Assembly (NCBI GenBank): GCA_963832165.1
Contig: CAWHTE010000011.1
Coordinates: forward strand, 384,001 to 448,000
Direction of reading: 5' to 3'
From: an uncultured delta proteobacterium
GTDB taxonomy: Bacteria; Myxococcota_A; UBA9160; SMWR01
Length of the DNA: 64,000 nucleotides
Shown here: in pieces, positions 52,202-63,800 of the stretch
Numbering within the stretch: position 1 is the stretch's first letter
Layout of the letters: every line of letters starts with the position of its first letter
The notes under the pieces: model-generated
The model's input: only the letters and a program-made list of their open reading frames with translations
Databases searched by the model: none
What the model was told of the DNA's origin: nothing
Made by a program: the position numbers and the translations under genes

Positions 52202-52260
52202 CGACGGACCGGACACTCGCGCCGCCGCGCCCGGGGGTGCGGATCACCCAGGAGACCGAG

Positions 52261-53055
52261 ATGGACGACCGCCGCAGCTGGCGCCTGTCGGAAGCCGAGC
52301 GCCGGGCCTGGCGCGACGACGGCTTCTTCGTGCGCGCAGCCGTGTTCGGCGCGGCGGAGCTCGCCGAGCTGGGTGCGGCGGCCGAGCGCTGTGTCGCGCG
52401 CGCGACCGCAGCGATGGAGACCTCGAGCACCCACTACGCGATCGACGGCAACGTCTATCACGAGGCCGGCGGCTCGACGATCCAGCTCGAGCACGCGGCC
52501 GGATCGCAGACGATCCGCGTGATCGAGCCGTTCCATCACCTCGAACCGCGGATGAATCGGTTGCTCGACGATGCGCGGATCGTCGAACCGATGCGCGACC
52601 TGATCGGCGACGAGCACGTGGCGCTGTTCACCGACAAGCTGAACCTGAAGCGGCCGCGCGAGGGCTCGCGCTTCCGCTGGCACCAGGACTCGCCCTACTG
52701 GGCCCACTTCTTCCGCGAGCTCGAACGGCTCCCGAACGTGTTGGTGACACTCGACGACGCCGACGAGTACAACGGATGCTTCCGAGTGATCCGCGGCAGC
52801 CATCGCCGCGGCATGCTGCCGGGCTGCGAAGGAGATGGCCGGCTCGGACCGCTATTCACGGACCCGCGCGCGTTCGAGCTCGCCGACCAGGTGCCCGCGG
52901 TCGCGCCCGCGGGCAGTCTGGTCTTCTTCAGTCCGCACACCGTGCACGGCTCGGAGCCCAACCGCTCCGACACGAGCCGCCGCGCGCTGGTGCTCACCTA
53001 TCAACCCGGTGGAAACCGGATGTTCAAGGTCGACGCGAAGCGCGAGACGGGCTGA
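52261..53055 (+). CDS. Phytanoyl-CoA dioxygenase (PhyH) family Fe/2OG oxygenase
   Basis: WHQD, LDDA...NGCFRVIRGSH, HGSEPNRS...RRA. Confidence 0.9.
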   Translation: MDDRRSWRLSEAERRAWRDDGFFVRAAVFGAAELAELGAAAERCVARATAAMETSSTHYAIDGNVYHEAGGSTIQLEHAAGSQTIRVIEPFHHLEPRMNRLLDDARIVEPMRDLIGDEHVALFTDKLNLKRPREGSRFRWHQDSPYWAHFFRELERLPNVLVTLDDADEYNGCFRVIRGSHRRGMLPGCEGDGRLGPLFTDPRAFELADQVPAVAPAGSLVFFSPHTVHGSEPNRSDTSRRALVLTYQPGGNRMFKVDAKRETG

Positions 53056-53559
53056 CTACTTCTTGTAGGGCGGTTTCGCGAGCGAGCGCACGAACGCGAC
53101 CACATCGCGGATCTGATCGTCCGTGAGCGTGCCACCCCAGGGCGCCATCAGCGGCGACTTGCCCACCGCAGCGCCGCCCTCCTTGATCGTCTTGAACAGA
53201 TGCTCGTCGGTGAGCTTGTTCATGTAATTGCCGTCGCAGTGGTGGGCCGGCTGCGGGTCGAGTCCGGCGGCACCGGGACCGGCCGTACAGCCGTCTTCGC
53301 CGTGACAGGTGGCGCAGAGGAGCTTGTAGTGCGCGGCGCCGCGAGCGATCGCGTCTCCAGGGGTGGCCGCGGCCATCTCGGCCGGAGGCGCTGCGGGCGG
53401 CGGTGCCGGCGCGGGCGGCGGAGGCGGCGGTGCGGGCTCCTCCGCGGGCGGCGGCGGAGTCGGCGGGGTGGGGAGCGCAGTGGTCGTCTCACCCGAATCA
53501 CCACACGCGAGCGCCGTCCAGGCGATCGCGGTGCAGAGCGTCCAGCGAATCAAGCGCAT
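53056..53559 (-). CDS. Monoheme cytochrome c lipoprotein
   Basis: Lipobox ALAC, Pro-rich linker, [19 protein letters not shown] axial Met. Confidence 0.88.
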   Translation of the reverse strand: MRLIRWTLCTAIAWTALACGDSGETTTALPTPPTPPPPAEEPAPPPPPPAPAPPPAAPPAEMAAATPGDAIARGAAHYKLLCATCHGEDGCTAGPGAAGLDPQPAHHCDGNYMNKLTDEHLFKTIKEGGAAVGKSPLMAPWGGTLTDDQIRDVVAFVRSLAKPPYKK

Positions 53560-54161
53560 CGGCGTTCTCCTTCGAGGAATGCGTCCCAGAGCTCGTCGTA
53601 GGTGTGTGTCACCGGGAACTGCGGGAACTCGCGAATCACGTTGTCCGGGGGTCGGAACAGGATGCCGAAGTCGGCGGCGCCGAGCATCGCGGTGTCGTTG
53701 TAGGAATCGCCCGCCGCGACCACCTGGTAGTTCAGGCCCTGGAACGCCACGACCGCGTGTCGCTTCTGGTCCGGCATCCGGAGCTTGTAGTCGATCACGC
53801 GCCCGCGCGCGTCGGTCACGAGCCGATGGCAAAGGAGCGTGGGGAGCCCGAGCTGGAGCATGAGCGGCTTCGCGAACTCGTAGAACGTGTCGGACAGGAT
53901 CACGACCTGGAAGCGGTCGCGCAGCCGGTCGAGGAACGCGCGCGCGCCGTCGAGCGGCGCGATCTTCGCGATCACCGCCTGGATGTCGGGCAGGCCGAGA
54001 CCGTGCTGCTCGAGGATCGCGAGCCGCCTCTTCATCAGCACGTCGTAGTCGGGCTCGTCGCGCGTGGTCACGCGCAGCGCCTCGATGCCCGTGCGCTCAG
54101 CGACGTTGATCCAGATCTCGGGCACCAGGACGCCCTCGAGGTCGAGGCACGCGATCAGCAA
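53550..54161 (-). CDS. thrH: Bifunctional phosphoserine phosphatase / homoserine phosphotransferase
   Basis: [48 protein letters not shown]. Confidence 0.93.
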   Translation of the reverse strand: MLIACLDLEGVLVPEIWINVAERTGIEALRVTTRDEPDYDVLMKRRLAILEQHGLGLPDIQAVIAKIAPLDGARAFLDRLRDRFQVVILSDTFYEFAKPLMLQLGLPTLLCHRLVTDARGRVIDYKLRMPDQKRHAVVAFQGLNYQVVAAGDSYNDTAMLGAADFGILFRPPDNVIREFPQFPVTHTYDELWDAFLEGERRCA

Positions 54162-54167
54162 CGGAGT

Positions 54168-55529
54168 CTACGGCTCGAGGATCGGATGGAGATTCTGAGC
54201 CGGCAGCGTCTCGCGCAGCTTCTTGAGTGCACGCGCTTCGAGCTGTCGCACGCGCTCGCGCGACAGGCCGAGCGACTGCCCGATCTGCTCGAGCGTGTGC
54301 TCCTCCTCGCCACCTAGGCCGTAGCGCAGGCGCAGGATCAGCTGCTCGCGCGACGTCAACGCGCCGATCAGGAAGCCGACTCCGGAGCGCATGCGCTCGC
54401 CGTCGAGTCCGTTGTCGGGCGCAGCCGAAGTCGGATCCGCGACGAAGTCCTCGAGCCGCTTCTCCGTTCCCGCGACCGACGACTCGAGCGAGATCGCCTC
54501 GCGCGACAACAGATCGAGCGCTTCGAGCGAGCCCGCGTCCGTGCCGAGCTCGGGTGCGAGCTCGGCGGGCGTCGGCTCGCGGCCCAGCTTGCCCGTGAGC
54601 TCCGCGCGCACGCGCTGGCTGCGCTGCAGCCGGTCGTGCACGTGCGAGGGCAGCCGGATCGTGCGCGAGTGGTTCTGGATCGCGCGCACGAGCGCCTGCC
54701 GGATCCACCACACGGCATAGGTCGAGAACTTGAAGCCGCGCCGGTGGTCGAACTTCTCGACCGCGCGGATCAAGCCGAGGTTGCCCTCCTGGATCAGGTC
54801 GGGGAACGACAGGCCCAGGTTGCGGTAGTCCTTCGCGATCGCGACCACGAGCTTGAGGTTGTGCTCGATGAAGCGATTCTTCTCGATGCTCATGCGCTCG
54901 TGGGCGTTCTCGACGTCGGCGACCTTGTCGAGCAGGTTCGCGCGCACCATCTCCACGTCGCGCTCGAGATCGCGGAAGCGCTTGGTGCCGCGGCGCGCAC
55001 GCTTCATCTCGAGCGACACGTCGAGCACGCGCTGGCGCATCTCCGCGAGCACGGCGAGCGAGAGCTGCGCCGCCTTCATCTCGCGCGAGATGCGCGCGTC
55101 GACCTTGGCGAGCTCCTTCTGGTTGCTCGAGTCGCGTGCCTTGTCGCGGTGCTGCAGCAGCGTGCGCAGCCGCTTCACGGCGCGCTCGACGCGTGCGGCG
55201 ATCTCGCCGGTCTCCTCGTCTCCCACCGACTCGGACAGCTTCGCGCCCGTGTGCGAGAGCGCGCGCAGCTCGTCCCAGCGCGAAACCACGTGGCGCGCGC
55301 ACAGCGGGATCGAGTACAACGCGTCGCGCAGATCCGACGTCGCGGCCTCGAGCTCCTTCGCGAGGAGAACTTCCTCCTCGCGGCGCAGCGTGCGCGTGCC
55401 GCCGATTTCCTGGAAATACGACTCCAGCGGCCGTCGCTCCCGGCCGGGATCCAGGTCATCGGCCGCAGCGGCGCGGGTGGCGCCCGTGGCCTGCTGGGTC
55501 TCATCTGTGGACTTGTTCTTGTGTTCCAC
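54168..55529 (-). CDS. Sigma-70 family RNA polymerase sigma factor (RpoD/RpoS-like, no region 1.1)
   Basis: Region 1.2 YFQEIG...[70 protein letters not shown]. Confidence 0.92.
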   Translation of the reverse strand: MEHKNKSTDETQQATGATRAAAADDLDPGRERRPLESYFQEIGGTRTLRREEEVLLAKELEAATSDLRDALYSIPLCARHVVSRWDELRALSHTGAKLSESVGDEETGEIAARVERAVKRLRTLLQHRDKARDSSNQKELAKVDARISREMKAAQLSLAVLAEMRQRVLDVSLEMKRARRGTKRFRDLERDVEMVRANLLDKVADVENAHERMSIEKNRFIEHNLKLVVAIAKDYRNLGLSFPDLIQEGNLGLIRAVEKFDHRRGFKFSTYAVWWIRQALVRAIQNHSRTIRLPSHVHDRLQRSQRVRAELTGKLGREPTPAELAPELGTDAGSLEALDLLSREAISLESSVAGTEKRLEDFVADPTSAAPDNGLDGERMRSGVGFLIGALTSREQLILRLRYGLGGEEEHTLEQIGQSLGLSRERVRQLEARALKKLRETLPAQNLHPILEP

Positions 55530-56100
55530 CTTCAGAAATTCCTCGACCCCCCCACGGTGCGACTCCGCACCGAGGTGTCGGATACCGCCCGGAGAGGTCC
55601 CGTTTCAAGCGTTTTCTTTGATATTTCCAACGGCCGCCCGTGCGAAGCGCCGGACGCAGTCCGGCGTTGCGGGTGAGCCGTCGGCCAGTGGGCGCAACAG
55701 GCTGGGATGGGGAAGGCGTTGTCCGGCCGGACGGTGATGATTGAACAGAACTGGAGGGGGGATGGCGCGAACTTGGATAACCCGGAATTTTGCAGGATAG
55801 AACCTTCAAAGTCCAGCGGTTTCTCGTGCTTATGCGGCTCGCAGCGGTTCGGATTAACGGGCGGGACGCCCTCTCCGGTCCGGTTTCTGTGTCGGGAATG
55901 GGTCATTCGTATCGGCTGGGGAGGGTGAAACCCCGAGCGCAGGGCAAAAAACAACGACACCCTCCTACCCTATGAAGTGGCCATGACGGCAGCTCGTGGG
56001 GCCCCAAGGGGAGAATCCAAAAACGGTGGCTCCCCCGGGGTCCTGGAAGTTCCGTCGATTTGCGCGTGAAACCCCGACATCCGCAACACTCGGGCGCGCC

Positions 56101-57243
56101 ATGACCGGGGATGCCCAGGATTGGGTCGGTGAGCCGTTCACGGAGAAGGCCTTCTACCTGGCCGATTTCCGCGAGCGCACGCTCGCGATCGCAGGCGGCG
56201 CCGACGCGCTCGCGGACCCCGCACCCGTGCGCTCGGTGTTCGCGGAGCTGGAGCCCAACCGCACGCGCATCGTGCTGCTCACGACCGACGCTGCGTTCGC
56301 GCGCGCGCTCGATGCGCCGATCGTCGCGCTCGCGCGCGAGCGCGCACGCGGATCGCTCTGGCGTGCGCTGCGCTCGGCGCCGCGCGTAGCGCTGCTCGTC
56401 GACCCCGGCGCGCCGTTTGCCGCCGCGTGTCGCGAGCTCGCGGTCAGTTTGCGCGTGTCGAAGCTGGTGTTCCTCGATCCGGTCGGCGCGCTCGTGCGCG
56501 GCGACGGCGCGCGGCTCTCGTTCGTGGATCTCGACGAGCTCGCCGCGTTGCTCGCGGATCCCACCGGCGATGCTGCGCGGCGAGCGCCGCTCTTGCGCGA
56601 GGTCGATGCGGCGCTGCGCGGCGGAGTGGCCGCGGTGAATCTCTGCACCGCTGCAGGGCTCGGCGAGGAGCTGTTCAGCTATGCCGGGTCGGGCACGCTG
56701 TTCACGGTCGGCCGCTATGTCGACGTGCGGCCGCTCGGGATCGACGACTTCGCCGCCGCGAGCGATCTGGTCGCGCGCGGCGTCGCCGAGGGATTCCTCG
56801 CACCGCGCAGCGAGCCCGACGTCGACCTCCTGCTCGCGAACGGCTTCGGCGCGTTCGTCGAACGCAGCCACCTCGCGGGCATCGGTGCGCTCGTTCCGCT
56901 CCCGGAGTCGGGCGCGGGCGAGATCGCGTCGCTCTATACGCTCACGCGCTTCCTCGGCGAGGGAATCGGCGGATACATCCTCTCGGCGCTGTGTCAGGTG
57001 GCGCGCGAGCGCGGACACGCCTTCGTGTTCGCGTGCACCACGAGCGAACGCGTCGCGGGCTTCTTCGAGCGCAACGGCTTCAAGCGCGTCGGGCCCGCGG
57101 AGATCCCCGCGGAGAAGTGGCGCGACTACGACCCCGAGCGCCGCGCGCGCGTGCTGTGTCTGCGCCGCGACGCTCACGCAGTCGACGAACTGGAAGCAGG
57201 GGGGCGACTCTCGCCGCCCCCCTGCCAGACTGACCGGACGTGA
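56101..57243 (+). CDS. ArgA-like N-acetyltransferase (degenerate amino-acid-kinase domain + GNAT)
   Basis: KLVFLD, ELFSYAGSGTLF, EGFLAPRS, GEIASLY.....GEGIG, FFERNGF. Confidence 0.75.
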   Translation: MTGDAQDWVGEPFTEKAFYLADFRERTLAIAGGADALADPAPVRSVFAELEPNRTRIVLLTTDAAFARALDAPIVALARERARGSLWRALRSAPRVALLVDPGAPFAAACRELAVSLRVSKLVFLDPVGALVRGDGARLSFVDLDELAALLADPTGDAARRAPLLREVDAALRGGVAAVNLCTAAGLGEELFSYAGSGTLFTVGRYVDVRPLGIDDFAAASDLVARGVAEGFLAPRSEPDVDLLLANGFGAFVERSHLAGIGALVPLPESGAGEIASLYTLTRFLGEGIGGYILSALCQVARERGHAFVFACTTSERVAGFFERNGFKRVGPAEIPAEKWRDYDPERRARVLCLRRDAHAVDELEAGGRLSPPPCQTDRT

Positions 57244-57665
57244 TCGGTAAGCCGGGTTCTGTCCCGCCGCGCGAGCGGCGGTGGGGATCATTCATCTAGG
57301 CGCCGCATTGCTGCGGCGCTCGAGCGCTCTAACCCGCGCACTGGCACTCCGAGGAGTGCTTCGGACGAGCCGCCCTCGACAGTGCGCCTATTCGAGCTTG
57401 CTCCGGGAGGGGCTTGCCCCGCCGCCGGTCACCCGGCTGTCGCGCGTGGGCTCTTACCCCACGATTTCAACCTTGCCTGAGCCTCCCCGCGCGTCGTCTC
57501 TCACAACGCCGCGCGGATCTGCGGCCATCGGCGGTGTCGTTTCTGTTGCGCTTTCCCTCGGGTCACCCCGGGTCGCCGTTAGCGACCTCCCTGCTCTGTG
57601 GAGCCCGGACTTTCCTCCCGCGAAAGAAGGTTGTCTTTCGCCGGCGATCCCCTGATCACCTCCGG
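57234..57665 (-). ncRNA. rnpB: RNase P RNA (class A)
   Basis: Minus strand contains GAGGAAAGTCCGGGCTCC and ACAGAACCCGGCTTA; terminal P1 helix CCGGAGGTGATC/GATCACGTCCGG. Confidence 0.96.
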
Positions 57666-57711
57666 CGCTTCCATCCTACCGAAGTTCCTGCCCGCAACCT
57701 GACTAAGAGTT

Positions 57712-57768
57712 CTATTTAGATATCAAGTAAAGTATCTATTGCATATCGATTCAATACCGGATAAATAG
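57712..57768. promoter_or_regulatory. AT-rich promoter/operator of the HxlR-SCP2 operon
   Basis: Inverted repeat TAGATA-N10-TATCTA (57717-57738) in a strongly AT-rich stretch just before the ATG. Confidence 0.45.
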
Positions 57769-57775
57769 TCTGCCG

Positions 57776-58526
57776 ATGGCTACGAGCCCGAGTGCCGCGA
57801 CCCCGACGGTCCCCAAGCCCGACGAGATCTTCGATCCGGTCGGGCGCGGTCTCGACGTGATCGGTGACCGCTGGACGCTCCTGCTGGTGCGGCACCTGCT
57901 CGGGGCCCATCGCGGCTTCCAGGAGCTGCGCAAGCGCACCGGGATCGCGCCGCGCGTGCTGTCGAGCCGGCTGCGCCAGCTCGCTGCCGACGGGTTCGTC
58001 GAATCGGTCGCGGACGGCTCGCGCTCGCTCTACGCGCTCACGCCCCAGGGTCGCTCGCTCGCGCCGATCATCACCTCGATCGGGCGCTGGTGGATCTGCC
58101 ACGGACTGCGCGACCTCGACATCGACCCGAGCCGGTTCAACCGCACCTCGGCGCAGTCGGTGATCGAGTCGCTGCCGTTCATGGTTCACGCGGAGCGCGT
58201 CCGCGGGCGTCGATCTCACGTTCGAGCTGCGACTCGAGGGCGAAGGCGGCGGCGTCTGGACCGTGCGCGTGAACGACGGCTTCTGCGACGTGCGCCCGGG
58301 CTTCTCCCAGCGCGCCGACGTCCGCCTCACCGCCGACGCGCAGCTCTGGTGCGGCGTCGCGCTCGGCCTCGTCGATGCGCGCGATCTCTACCAGCGGGGC
58401 CTCCTGCGCAAGGAAGGCGGCCTCGAGGCGATGGACCACTACTTCCACCAGGTGGCGCCCGAGGGACGGGCGCGCCCGGTCGAGCAGGTACTTCCGCAAT
58501 ACGCAAGCGAAAGGAGTGACTCGTGA
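57776..58526 (+). CDS. HxlR-family winged-helix regulator with C-terminal SCP2 sterol/lipid-binding domain (frameshift near 58205)
   Basis: GLDVIGDRWTLLLVRHLL..GFQEL...GIAPRVLSSRLRQL..YALTPQG; second frame GEGGGVWTVRV.DG.C.V.PG...ADVRLTADA. Confidence 0.85.
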
Positions 58527-59623
58527 TCTCGTTCAAACCTACGGAGGAGCAGGAGCTCGTACGCGACGCGATGCACGAGTTCGCCGAACAGGCGATCCGT
58601 CCGATCGCGCGCGAATGCGACGAGGCGTCGCAGGTGCCCGAGAGCTTCCTCGAAGCAGATCCATGGCGCTCGGCCTCGTCTCGACTGCAGATCCCCGAGG
58701 CTTACGGCGGCGCGGGCGAACTGCGCTCGCCGATTACCAACGCGATCGTCGCTCGAGGAGCTCGCGCTGGGGCGACGCCACGCTCGCGGTTGCCGCGCTC
58801 GCGCCCGCCGCGTTCGCGAACGCGGTGATCGATCAGGGCACCGACGCGCAGCGCAAGGCGCTGCTGCCGCAGTTCTGCGGCGAGCGCTTCCACGCCGCCG
58901 CGCTCGCGTGGATCGAGCCCGGCGCCGTGTTCGAGCCGCTGCTCCCGCGCACGCTCGCCGAGCCGAAGGGCGCGCGGATTCGTGCTCTCGGGCGCGAAGA
59001 GCTTCGTGCCGCTCGCCGACCGCGCGAGCCACTTCCTCGTGATCGCGCGCAACAACGGCGGGCTCGATGCGTTCATCGTGCCGCGCGACGCGGCAGGGCT
59101 GCGCATCTCCGAGCCCGAGAAGCAGCTCGGGCTGCGCGCGCTGCCGAACGCGGTGCTCGAGCTCGAGCGCGTCGAGCTGCCGGCCGAGGCGCGGCTCGGC
59201 GGCGACGCGGGATGCGACGTGCGACGGCTGCTCAACCAGTCGCGCGCAGGGCTCGCGGCTGCGATGACGGGTCTCTCGCGCGCCGTGATCGAGTACGCGA
59301 TTCCGTATGCGAAGGACCGCGAGGCGTTCGATCAGGCGATCGCGCAGAAGCAGGGCATCGCGTTCAAGCTCGCCGAGATGCACATCGAGACCGAGTCGAT
59401 GCGCTGGCTCACCTGGAAGGCCGCGAGCCAGCTCGAGCAGGGGAGCGACGCGCTCAAGTCCTGTCACCACGCGCGCGCCTACGCGGCCACGCAGAGCATG
59501 TGGGTCGCCGACCAGGGCGTGCAGGTGCTGGGCGGGCACGGCTTCATCCGCGAGCACCCCGTCGAGATGTGGTACCGCAACGCGCGCACGCTCAGCGTGC
59601 TCGAAGGCACGCTCTCTCTCTAA
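58523..59623 (+). CDS. Acyl-CoA dehydrogenase family protein (several frameshifts)
   Basis: ISFKPTEEQELVRD, IPEAYGG, YAKDREAF...IAQKQGIAFKLAEM, GVQVLGGHGFIREHPVEMWYR. Confidence 0.85.
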
Positions 59624-59666
59624 CCCCGATGGCCTCCGCACCTGCAGTGCGGATGGAGGATCCAGC

Positions 59667-60847
59667 ATGATCGACTTCACTCTCACCGAGAAGGACAAGC
59701 AGCTGCTCGACCAGGTGCGCGCCGAGGCTCTCGTGTGCCGCAAGTACGCGCGCTACTACGACGAGAACGAGCACGAGTTCATCCCGGACGAGTTCCCCGA
59801 GGACAAGGACTTCCCGAACGTCTATGCCCATTTCGCCGGGCGTACCGAGACCGACTACGAGCATGCCCGTGATGAGCATGCTGCTCTCGTCGGGACAGAC
59901 CTGGGGCGACTACTCGGTGCGGCTGCGCCGCGCGAAGGGCGGTCTCGGCAACGCGGCGCTGCGGGCCTCGGGAACGCCCGAGCAGCAGGAGAAGTGGAAG
60001 GGGCCTGACGCTCGCCATGGCGATCACCGAGCCCGGCTGCGGCTCCGACCCGTCGAAGGTGCAGACCACTGCGGTGCTCGACGGCGACGAGTGGGTGATC
60101 AACGGCGAGAAGATCTTCGTGACCACGGGCTGCAAGGCCGAGGGCGTGGTGGTCTGGGCCACGATCGACAAGTCCGCGGGACGCGCCGGCATCAAGTCGT
60201 TCCTGATCGAGAAGGGCACGCCCGGCTTCGTCGTCGCCCACAAGGAGAAGAAGCTCGGCATCCGCGCCGACGACACCGCGGCCTACGTGTTCAAGGACTG
60301 CCGGATCCCGCGCGCGAACCTGCTCGGCGGCGACGAGTCGATCCCGAAGGAGAGCTCGGGCGGCTTCAAGCGGCGTGCTCAAGACCTTCAACATGACGCG
60401 GCCCGCGGTGGCTGCGGTCGGGCTCGGCATGGCGCAGGCGGCGCTCGACTTCACGCGCGACCAGCTTCGCGAGGCCGGCATCGAGATCGAGTACGGCGGG
60501 TCGCGTGCACAGCCAGTCGGCCGTGGTCGCGAAGTTCCTCGAGCTCGAGGCGCTGGTCGAGGCGGCCGAGCTCACGATCCTGCGCGCCGCGTGGCTCGTC
60601 GGGCGAGGGCAAGCCCAACAACCTCGAGGCCTCGGTGTGCAAGGCGAAGGCCGGCACCGTGGTGCGCCAGGTGACCCAGGGCTGCATCGAGCTGCTGGGC
60701 CCGCTCGGCCGTCTCGCGCGAGCACCTGCTCGAGAAGTGGTTCCGCGACGTGCGCATCACCGACATCTACGAGGGCACGGGCGAGATCCAGCGCATGATC
60801 ATCGCGCGCGCGAGCTGCTCGGCTACACCCGCGCGGAGCTCAACTAG
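59667..60847 (+). CDS. Acyl-CoA dehydrogenase family protein (several frameshifts)
   Basis: MAITEPGCGSD, WVINGEKIFVT, EKKLGIRADDTA, LEKWFRDVRITDIYEGTGEIQR. Confidence 0.88.
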
Positions 60848-63800
60848 GAGTCGTTCCGCCGCTTTCCGATGATTTCGCGCAACTGCTCGGGCTGCACGGG
60901 CTTCACGAGGTGTTGGTCGAATCCGGCCTCGTGCGTGCGGCGGCGGTCTTCGTCCTGTCCCCATCCCGTCTGCGCGATGAGCAGGAGGTCGCGGAACCGC
61001 GCATCGGCGCGCAGCGTGCGCGCGACTTCATAGCCGTTCAGTCCGGGCAGTCCGAGATCCACGAGTGCGATCTCGGGCAGGAACTCCGACGCCGCGTCGA
61101 GCGCGGCGTGACCATCGGCCGCGAGCTTCACCCGATGTCCCATCAGCTCCAGCAGCTGACCGAGGCTGGTCGCGTGATCCTGGTTGTCGTCCACGATCAG
61201 AATGCGCTTCGACTCCTTCGCGCGTTGGACCGGAGCGGAGGTCGGCTCGTCCGTCGATAGAGCGGAATCTCCGACCGCGAGCGGCAAGCGGACCCTGAAC
61301 TCGCTGCCCTGGCCGGGACCCGGACTGTGGGCCTCGATGGTGCCGCCGTGCACCTGCACGAGGATGCTCGCAAGCGCGAGGCCGACACCGAGGCCACCCC
61401 GCCGGTCGCCCAGCGCGCGGCTCCCCTGGGTGAACATCTCGAAGATGTGCGGCAGGAGATCTGCGGCGATGCCTTCGCCGGTATCGCGCACGGAGATCAC
61501 CAGCTCGTCGGGCGCCGACGGGTCCGCTCCCGGAAGACGCTTTTCATGCGCCCGTTCAGCGCTGATCGTGACGGGCCCGCCGCGTCGGCTGAACTTGGCC
61601 GCGTTGTTGATCACGTTGATCAGCACCTGCGACATTCGCACGGTGTCCACGTTCAGGAACAGCGGCTCGGACGGAAGCGTCACCTTCAGCGTGGCTCCCC
61701 TCGACTCCAGGTAGGCACGGCAGGACTCCACCGCATTCTCGACGAGCGTCACCAGCGCGATCCGCTGCGGGTGCAGCTCGATCTTGCGTTCGGTGATTCG
61801 CGTCACGTCCATCAGGTCTTCGACGATCGTCGTCAGATAGTGGATCTGGCGTTGCAGGACGTCCCGCGCGCGCTCGATCGCGGCCTCGTCGCGATCCGCC
61901 ACCTGCATGATCTCGATCGCGTTCTGCATCGGGGAGATCGGGTTGCGCAGCTCGTGGGCGAGCGTGGCGATGAACTCGTCCTTGCGGCGATCTGCGATCC
62001 GCAGCGACTCCTCGGCGCGTTTGTGCTGATCGATGTCCAGCAGGACGATCACCGCGCCGTCGATCTTGTCGTCCGAAGTCCGGTACGGGAAGATGCGCAG
62101 GGAGCGCCAGCGGCCCTCGCGATCGCGGATCTCGCGCTCCACGTGCTGGACGGTCTCGATCGTGTTCTCGATCAACTGCTCGAGATCGGGTACCAGACCC
62201 ACCGGTGTCAAGTCGCTGATCGGCCGGTTGACGTCGCTCGGCAAGAGGCTCAGCGACTTCTGAGCCGGTGGTGTGAAGCGCCGGATCCGCAAGTCACCTC
62301 CGACCATCACGACCGGGATGTTGATGCTCGAGAGCAGATTGGTCAGGTCGTTGTTGGCCCGCGACAGCTCGAGGTTGCGGTGCTGGAGCTGCTCGTTGAC
62401 CGTGGTCAACTCCTCGTTGGCGGACTGCAGCTCCTCTTTCGCGGTCTCGAGCTCCTCGTTGGTGCTCTGAAGCTCCTCGTTGCTCGAGAGGATCGCGTCG
62501 TTCGCGGAGCGCAGCTCCGCGTTCGCAGCGTCCTGCTGCTCGAGCAACGACTGCAGGTATTCCTTGGTGGCATCGAGCTCCCGCCGCAGCCGGGCTTGTT
62601 CGCGCCGATCGGGATTCTCAGCGGGATCCGGGACGGCGTTCGGAGCCGGCGGAGCGCCGGCGTTCTGCGCGGGGTCGTGGAACACCACCAGGAAACATCC
62701 GTTGGGGCCGTTGGGAGGCGTCACGGGTACGACCTCGAGGTCGATCTCGCGCACCGTTCCGTCGGTGCGCACGCGCGCGCCACGGCGCCGGGCCTCCTTG
62801 GACTGCCGGACCTCGTCCAGAAGGCTTCGAAGCTCGAGGAACAGGCCTTCGCGGGCCATCTTGAGCAGATTCGTGGTGGGTTCACCCGGCGGAGATTCGA
62901 GGAAGGCGCTGGTCCGCCCGCGGAACTGCACGATGTCGAGATTCTCGTTGATCAATACCGCCGGTGGCGCGAAGCGACCGAGCAGGATGCGATCGGCCTC
63001 CCGTTCGAAATCTGCCGGAGTCGGCGTGGCCGGAGCGCGGCGGGTCGCCGTCGCGCTCACATCGCGGAGATGCTCGGTCGGAAGATCGAGCAGCGGCCGG
63101 CTCGCCGTGGCCTTCTTCGCGTAGATCTTGTGGGTGCGGTCGACGAGCTCGAACAGGTCGGCGTTCTCGCCCACCGTCTCGGCGCTGCCGAGCACGAGGA
63201 AGCCCGGCGCATTCAGCGCGTAATGGAACGCCGGCAGCACGCGCCGCTGCAGCGGCGGCGCGAGGTAGATCAGCAGGTTCCGGCAGCTGATCAGGTCCAC
63301 GTGGGAGAACGGCGGATCCGAAGTCACGTTCTGACGCGCGAACACGCACATCTTGCGAATCGACTCGTCGATCCGATAGAGGTGATCCTCGCGCTTGAAG
63401 AAGCGGCGCAGGCGATCCGGGGCGACCTCGGCCTCGATGCTTTCGGGGTAGAGACCGGCGCGCGCCTTGTCGAGCGACGTATGATCGCTCAGATCGGTCG
63501 CGAAGATCTGGATCGCGGGGCGCATCGGACGGTCGTCGAGGAATTCGAGCAGTGCGATCGCGAGCGAATACGCCTCCTGGCCGGTCGAGCAGCCGGGCAC
63601 CCACAGCCGCAGGGGCACCCCGGGCGTCTTCTCGTCGATGATCGCGGGGAACACGCGCATCTTGAGCGCTTCGAACAGCTCCGGATCGCGGAAGAAGCTG
63701 GTCACGTTGATCAGCAGATCGCGGTGCAGCGCATCCACTTCGCCGCGATCGGATTCGAGTCGCTGCGCGTAATCGGCCAGCGATTCATGCGCGTGGAGCG

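Noticed and set aside
53065..53075. GTAGGGCGG as another REP copy
   Set aside because: No complementary arm follows; it is the reverse complement of the cytochrome c C-terminal codons.
55762..55778. Sigma-54 promoter-like TGGCGCGAACTTGGA
   Set aside because: It lacks the conserved GC at -12 and is on the wrong strand for the sigma gene.
57281..57655. 124-aa ORF on the plus strand
   Set aside because: It is antisense to the RNase P RNA gene and has no protein features.
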